This document shows, piece after piece, positions 59,036 to 64,000 of a DNA stretch of 64,000 nucleotides; within the stretch, counting starts at the first letter, position 1, and the number at the start of each line of letters is the position of its first letter. The notes beneath the pieces were generated by a model, which saw only the letters and a list, made by a program, of their open reading frames with translations, was not told where the DNA came from and did no database searches. The position numbers and the translations under genes are program-made. The stretch is from an uncultured Candidatus Saccharibacteria bacterium (GTDB lineage Bacteria; Patescibacteriota; Saccharimonadia; Saccharimonadales; UBA7683). The DNA lies in the NCBI GenBank assembly GCA_964632215.1, contig CAZWBG010000001.1, positions 623,863 through 687,862 of the forward strand. The letters run 5' to 3'.

Positions 59036-60679
59036 ATGGCAAAAAAAGTATTTTATGATGACGAAGCCCGCCACCGCCTGCTAAAAGGTGCCGAGGCACT
59101 TTATAACGCGGTTCGGACTACCATGGGACCAAAGGGACGCAATGTAGTGATCTCTAAGAGTTTTGGTAGCCCAACGGTGACACACGACGGTGTAACGGTT
59201 GCTAAAGGTATTGATCTACCAGAAGATGATGAAACTCTTGGTTATAAAGTAGGTGCAGAACTTATCAAACAGGCTGCAAGCAAGATGAACGACGTAGCGG
59301 GTGACGGTACAACTACTGTTACGGTGCTTACCTACCACATCTTGAATGAGGCTAATCGCTTAATTGCTGCGGGACATAACCCAATGCAACTTCGTAAAGG
59401 TCTCGAAGAAGCTTCACTAGAGGTACTTACGCAGCTTGAGGACATGCGTGAAGATATTAGCGATAAAAAAGAACGTGTTGCTGAAGTTGCTACCATTTCT
59501 GCCGGTGACGCTGCTATTGGCGAGTTGATTGCAGACGTAATCAACAAGGTTGGTAAAGACGGCGTTGTTACGGTGGAAGAGGGTCAGGGCCTGGCTATGG
59601 AGAGCGAAGTAGTTGAAGGTTTCACCTTCGACCGTGGCTTCGTTTCAGCCTACATGGTGACAGATCCAGCTCGTATGGAAGCTGTTTACGACAAGCCACT
59701 CGTGCTGGTAACAGATCAGAAGATCAGTTCAGTGCAAGACTTCTTGCCAATTCTAGAGAAGATTGCCCAAACTGGTAAGAAAGACCTTGTTTTGATTGCT
59801 GAGGATGTAGAAGGCGAAGCACTTGGTACGCTGGTGCTCAATAAGCTCAAGGGCGTCTTTAATACACTTGCTATTAAGGCCCCTGCTTTTGGTGACCGCC
59901 GCAAAGATATCTTACAAGACATCGCCACCTTAACTGGTGCAACGGTTATTACTGAAGACCAAGGCTTTACCTTTGAGAACGCAGATATGTCTATGCTTGG
60001 TACTGCTCGCCGAGTGATCGTTGACAAAGATAATACTACAATTATTGAAGGTGCTGGTAAGCCGAGCGAAGTAAAAGCTCGAATCGAACAGATTAATACG
60101 CAGGTTTCAAATGCCTCGAGCGAATACGACAAAGAAAACCTTGAAAAGCGCCGTGCCGCTCTTTCTGGTAAAGTTGCCGTTATTAAGGTTGGTGGCGCAA
60201 CTGAAACTGAGATCGAAGAGAAGAAGTTCCGAGTAGATGACGCGGTTGCAGCTGTAAAGGCCGCACTTGATGAGGGCATTGTATCTGGTGGTGGTGTAAC
60301 GCTTATTAATTTAGCTAGCGCGATTGATGATAGTGCTCATGATGCGCACGCTGCCGGTAAGTCACTACTTAAGGTTGCTTTGGTTGAGCCATTCTTACAG
60401 CTTACAAACAACGCAGGCCTCAATAGTGCCGCTCTACTCGCACAGGTACAGGCTGCAAAACCTGGCTTGGGTGTAAACGTAAACCAACCAGAAGCTGGCT
60501 TGCAAGATATGAAGAAGATCGGTGTGGTTGATCCGGCTCGTGTAACCAAAGAGGCTATTACGAACGCTGTGTCTATTGCTGGTACAGCCATGACTATGGG
60601 CGCACTCGTAGTCGAGATCCCTGAACCAGCTGCTGCATCTGCAGCTCCTGATATGGGCGGTATGGGCGGAATGATGTAA
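59036..60679 (+). CDS. groEL: chaperonin GroEL
   Basis: Trimmed to ATG 59036 ([12 protein letters not shown]...). [11 protein letters not shown] motif and the C-terminal GGMGGMM tail. Confidence 0.97.
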   Translation: MAKKVFYDDEARHRLLKGAEALYNAVRTTMGPKGRNVVISKSFGSPTVTHDGVTVAKGIDLPEDDETLGYKVGAELIKQAASKMNDVAGDGTTTVTVLTYHILNEANRLIAAGHNPMQLRKGLEEASLEVLTQLEDMREDISDKKERVAEVATISAGDAAIGELIADVINKVGKDGVVTVEEGQGLAMESEVVEGFTFDRGFVSAYMVTDPARMEAVYDKPLVLVTDQKISSVQDFLPILEKIAQTGKKDLVLIAEDVEGEALGTLVLNKLKGVFNTLAIKAPAFGDRRKDILQDIATLTGATVITEDQGFTFENADMSMLGTARRVIVDKDNTTIIEGAGKPSEVKARIEQINTQVSNASSEYDKENLEKRRAALSGKVAVIKVGGATETEIEEKKFRVDDAVAAVKAALDEGIVSGGGVTLINLASAIDDSAHDAHAAGKSLLKVALVEPFLQLTNNAGLNSAALLAQVQAAKPGLGVNVNQPEAGLQDMKKIGVVDPARVTKEAITNAVSIAGTAMTMGALVVEIPEPAAASAAPDMGGMGGMM

Positions 60680-60726
60680 CACTCCTTCTGTCGTCCCGTA
60701 CTTCGATACGAGATCCAGTAAAGTAC

Positions 60727-60762
60727 AAAAAAGCTCCGACTAATCTCGGAGCTTTTTGTTTT
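60727..60762 (+). terminator. rho-independent terminator after groEL
   Basis: AAAAAAGCTCCGA-ctaatc-TCGGAGCTTTTTGTTTT. Confidence 0.8.
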
Positions 60763-60792
60763 AATACTATAAACGATACAAGAAAGAGGCAT

Positions 60793-60948
60793 ATGGCATT
60801 AACAACACGTAGAAAATGGGGAATAACACTAATTCTGCTACCAGGAACACTTTTGGTGGTGACGTTGTTTATATAGGTACTAGTAAGGTTTGCATTCACC
60901 AATACCACTAGCGTAGTGATGTTTCTAGGCTTGCTCTTGTTCGTGTAG
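60793..60948 (+). pseudogene. truncated/nonsense-interrupted paralog of the membrane protein at 62431..62862
   Basis: Hand translation gives MALTTRRKWGITLILLPGTLLVVTLFI*VLVRFAFTNTTSVVMFLGLLLFV*. It aligns by eye with KRKKVGIIIILVPFLIFISIFVLQFMSRVVFRL, and the in-frame TAG (60874) falls opposite Q (CAG) of the paralog. Confidence 0.3.
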
Positions 60949-61134
60949 TTCTGGATTGAACCTGAGTGTTTCATGTGTGCTCATAATTGTGCCTTTCTCG
61001 ATTATGTCGATACAAGCGCCGTGTCCTCTGTATCGAATTAGTTTCGTATATACCCGCAGGGTCTGACCATGCTGCTGATCAAAGAGTGCGACCTGAAGCT
61101 GGTATTTTTCTACTTACTTCTAATAGCGAAGATC

Positions 61135-61536
61135 TTAGGATTCAAAGTTGTTGTCAATCAAATTTTCTAATACATGACGCACAATCATTCTGCCCTTAAG
61201 CCGCACTCTTCGTTCGTCTCTCGTGTCCGTGATATTGAAGAGACCATCTTCGGTGCGCAATATCGACACTGATCCATCGCTTCCGTATCGATTCTTATTC
61301 TTTGACGACCCATCGGGTTCCGTTTCCGGGATAGCGGGTCCTTCGGCTATCTCTATGTTCCACTGGTCGGGTGATGTCCAGCTAAAGTCGATAGAATCAC
61401 CGCCCGGCAAATTAGTGTATGCGCTCGTAATATCTTGTTGATCTTCGCCGCTCCCAGTCTCAAATGCTTCTCCGTACGTCATGGCTACTTCTTTAGCTAA
61501 TTGATCTAGAGATCGTAATTCATATAGTTCTTTCAT
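61135..61536 (-). CDS. acidic hypothetical protein
   Basis: 133-aa ORF with no motif recognised. Confidence 0.45.
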   Translation of the reverse strand: MKELYELRSLDQLAKEVAMTYGEAFETGSGEDQQDITSAYTNLPGGDSIDFSWTSPDQWNIEIAEGPAIPETEPDGSSKNKNRYGSDGSVSILRTEDGLFNITDTRDERRVRLKGRMIVRHVLENLIDNNFES

Positions 61537-61678
61537 GTATCCCTTTCAAAAGCCCATATTCGAGCTTGTATATACTTTAAAACAATATTGCATGATTGTC
61601 TAATTTATAATAACAAAGATAATCATAACAGATATGATAATGTAAATAAAAATATTACACTATGATATACTTAGTGGT

Positions 61679-62434
61679 ATGGAATGGCTCAAATCGCTCG
61701 GTTTAAATGAGAAACAGTGCAAATTGTACCTGTATTTACTGGAAAAAGGTGGCCTAACAGCTTCGCAGCTAGCACGCGGTCTTGGCGAGCAGCGTACAAA
61801 TATCTATCTCATAACAGATGAACTCGTAAATGCTGGTCTGGTTGAACGTGATGGTTCTCGGCCAGTGGCATTATTTAAAGTAACCAGCCCACAAAATCTG
61901 CAAAACTTAATGCTGACTCGGCAAAAACAGCTCGCTCACAACTCGAGTCAGATGAAAAATGACCTACCTGATCTGTTGGGGCTATATCACCTGCATACTG
62001 CCGAGACTGGCTTTGCTTACTTCGAGGGCGTTAAAGGTTATCTCGCGATGCTAGAAGATATGGTTAAGTCGAGTCAAGAGGTGCGGGTGTTTGGCACCGC
62101 GATGCTTAATGATCGACCAGATCTATGGTTGGGGTTGCAAAAAGCGCTCCAAAAACGTGCCCTCCATAAGATCGAGACAAAAATGATACTCGACAACTCA
62201 CTGAGCACAAAAGTTTTAGTGGATGAGATGCGGCGTAGTCGCGTATCTTTAAAATTCTGGGGCGATACTTTGTTTGAAGGTGAGGTTGCTATTTACGGAT
62301 CAACGGTGGTCCTAACGACGTACGACGAAAAACTCATAAGTTTGGTTATAAAAAACAAAGCAATCGCCGCCACTTTTCAGTCAATATTTGATACGGCATG
62401 GTATGATACTGGCAATACATTAAACAAGAGGTGA
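61679..62434 (+). CDS. TrmB-family transcriptional regulator
   Basis: 251 aa. N-terminal winged-helix pattern LKSLGLNEKQCKLYLYLLEKGGLTASQLARGLGEQRTNIYLITDELVNAGLVER. Confidence 0.7.
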   Translation: MEWLKSLGLNEKQCKLYLYLLEKGGLTASQLARGLGEQRTNIYLITDELVNAGLVERDGSRPVALFKVTSPQNLQNLMLTRQKQLAHNSSQMKNDLPDLLGLYHLHTAETGFAYFEGVKGYLAMLEDMVKSSQEVRVFGTAMLNDRPDLWLGLQKALQKRALHKIETKMILDNSLSTKVLVDEMRRSRVSLKFWGDTLFEGEVAIYGSTVVLTTYDEKLISLVIKNKAIAATFQSIFDTAWYDTGNTLNKR

Positions 62435-62862
62435 ATATGTCAAAACGTAAAAAAGTTGGAATTATTATAATTTTGGTACCGTTTCTTATTTTTATTTCTA
62501 TTTTCGTTCTACAGTTTATGTCACGAGTAGTATTTCGGCTTGAAGCACCGCGATCTGACCTGTCTGCCTACGAAGATTGCCTGGCTTTGCAGCAAAGAGG
62601 TGCATTTATAGCCTGTAATATGGAGCCAGAGTCTACAGCTGGGAGTACAGCACATACTGTCATCAATGTCGTAACACTTGTATTGGGTGCGACCGCGCTG
62701 CTGAGCATTTTACCTACAATGATCGTGGGTATTGTTCTTATCGCTACTGATAAGACTTCAGCTCAGCCTCAAGTTCCTTCTGTTATGTTGGCCCAGGACC
62801 AGCCTACCGATTCTGTCCAGAACGATGATTTGCATAACATACCGCCGACAGATAAGGCCTAG
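62431..62862 (+). CDS. small membrane protein (two TM segments, hypothetical)
   Basis: 143 aa. Start overlaps the TrmB-like stop by 4 nt. Basic N-terminus plus a TM segment, then a second TM segment near aa 85-110. Confidence 0.5.
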   Translation: MNMSKRKKVGIIIILVPFLIFISIFVLQFMSRVVFRLEAPRSDLSAYEDCLALQQRGAFIACNMEPESTAGSTAHTVINVVTLVLGATALLSILPTMIVGIVLIATDKTSAQPQVPSVMLAQDQPTDSVQNDDLHNIPPTDKA

Positions 62863-62951
62863 ACTTCTCTCGGCGTAGTAGTGTAAGAGGTGCATGCATA
62901 CATAAAACTACCACTTTGTAGCTAAAGGGGTAGTTTTTATAGTGGTTCGTA

Positions 62952-63557
62952 CTATTGTTGGTTGGCGGTGATGTAGTTGATCTCGTTGATGATATCAAGT
63001 AGGGCTTGAGCTCTCTCTTTTTCACCATCAATGCCTTGAGCTGCGTCAAAAGCTGGTTTGATGAGCTCTGGGTCGTCGCTGGCTCGAAGCATCATAAGAT
63101 ACTTATCGAATTTATCGGCTGGTTCAAGATCAAGCTTCTCGATTAGAGGGCGGAGTTGCTCTAAGGCTGAGTTTTTAACGGTATCAAGTTCACCTGCGTC
63201 GCCAGTTGCTGAGTTATCTACATGGGCTTCGGCATCAGAGCTGAGGCCCGAAGGTAGATCATTGCCGTCGAAAGTAATACCGGCGGTTGTGTCGGTGGTA
63301 TCTTCTGGGGTAGTTACATCATCAGTTGGTGCTGATACTGGATCGGGAGCAGGCGTGTCATCGAGGGGTGCGCTCGTAGCTAAATCGGCTGCCGGGCTCT
63401 CTTCTACGGGAACAGTATTTGTCACCGCAGGCTGCGTAGGTGGCTGCATGCCAGGAGTGGCGGTGCCAACGCTGTTTGCGTCTTCCAACGCTTTTACAAG
63501 TGCTGCGTTATTATTGTCTGCATTGCCGTCTTCTTTTTTCAATGGATTTAAATTCAT
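62952..63557 (-). CDS. acidic Pro/Thr/Asp-rich hypothetical protein
   Basis: 201 aa. Low-complexity acidic N-terminal two thirds and a helical C-terminal domain. Confidence 0.5.
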   Translation of the reverse strand: MNLNPLKKEDGNADNNNAALVKALEDANSVGTATPGMQPPTQPAVTNTVPVEESPAADLATSAPLDDTPAPDPVSAPTDDVTTPEDTTDTTAGITFDGNDLPSGLSSDAEAHVDNSATGDAGELDTVKNSALEQLRPLIEKLDLEPADKFDKYLMMLRASDDPELIKPAFDAAQGIDGEKERAQALLDIINEINYITANQQ

Positions 63558-63685
63558 GGTCCCACCCGTAGTTTTAGTTGCTAACTTATATTGTTACATT
63601 TTCAATCATAATAGTACATGAAAGCGCTTATCTTTTGCAAGGGGTCTAGCCGCTACATTTAATTAACTTGGGGTATAATAGAGAT

Positions 63686-64000
63686 ATGCTTGATGATTTA
63701 AAGTACATTTCCCAGCTAGACAATGACGACGCGCTTGGCGTTGTTGGATATCAGTTCGAGCAGCTACTTTATAGATTTTCAGAGGTTGATATTTCTCATG
63801 ATACGCCGATTACTCGGGTAGTTGTGGCCGGCATGGGCGGGTCGGCTTTGGCTGCCAACTTTGTACAGACATGGCCTGGATTGATTGTGCCGTTTGAGGT
63901 TATTCGTGACTATGCACTACCAGCTTGGGTAGATGAGTACACTCTAGTGATTGCCTCGAGCTATTCTGGTAATACCGAAGAGACTGTCGATGCAGTTACC
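63686..64000 (+). CDS. SIS-domain sugar-phosphate isomerase (bifunctional PGI/PMI-like), N-terminal part (3' end outside window)
   Basis: Hand translation from ATG 63686 gives MLDDLKYISQLDNDDALGVV...VVVAGMGGSALAANFV...LVIASSYSGNTEETV. The frame is open to the window end, and TATAAT at 63674..63679 lies just upstream. Confidence 0.7.
   Translation, partial: MLDDLKYISQLDNDDALGVVGYQFEQLLYRFSEVDISHDTPITRVVVAGMGGSALAANFVQTWPGLIVPFEVIRDYALPAWVDEYTLVIASSYSGNTEETVDAVT

Noticed and set aside
59716-60279. 187-aa minus-strand ORF inside groEL
   Set aside because: It is antisense to an unambiguous groEL gene and gives the typical Ser/Ala-rich shadow translation.
60337-60974. Minus-strand ORFs 60337..60792, 60434..60682 and 60594..60974
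   Set aside because: They overlap the groEL 3' end and its terminator in antisense. They have no RBS and no recognisable protein features.

Overview
This 64-kb chromosomal window spans the replication origin of a small-genome bacterium with a Gram-positive-type envelope: jag-yidC-rnpA-rpmH on the minus strand, DnaA boxes, then dnaA-dnaN on the plus strand. Gene content suggests Patescibacteria/CPR, probably Saccharibacteria. The clues are many bitopic hypothetical proteins, a T4SS-pilin gene array and sparse metabolism. This placement is inference and is not verified. UGA is used as a stop codon, so the code is standard (table 11). Bases 1-21.6 kb hold a cell-surface polysaccharide locus. It contains rfbBCDA plus a second RmlD paralog, gmd-rmd, six or more glycosyltransferases, a Wzm/Wzt ABC exporter with a coupled methyltransferase, and a GacI/GacJ/GT-C-like lipid-linked decoration module. 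A VapBC toxin-antitoxin pair follows at 21.7-22.3 kb. The main accessory feature lies at 27.5-44.0 kb, directly after dnaN. It is a type IV secretion-like locus with VirB6-like, PrgI/VirB3-like and VirB4 proteins and two large multidomain cell-wall hydrolases. Facing it is a tandem array of seven pilin-like paralogs with variable N-termini and a conserved C-terminal hairpin. No coupling protein, relaxase, VirB11 or integrase is present in the window. The remainder is mostly housekeeping: hsp20, comFC, two tRNA-Ser, tRNA-Arg, mgtE, a HIT protein, valS, tsaD, a Mur ligase, CIRCE-groES-groEL, a TrmB regulator and a partial SIS isomerase, mixed with hypothetical membrane or acidic proteins. The two tRNA-Ser genes carry a 74-bp perfect inverted repeat that brackets a 2.4-kb segment. 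I found no CRISPR array, rRNA gene, transposase or integrase.
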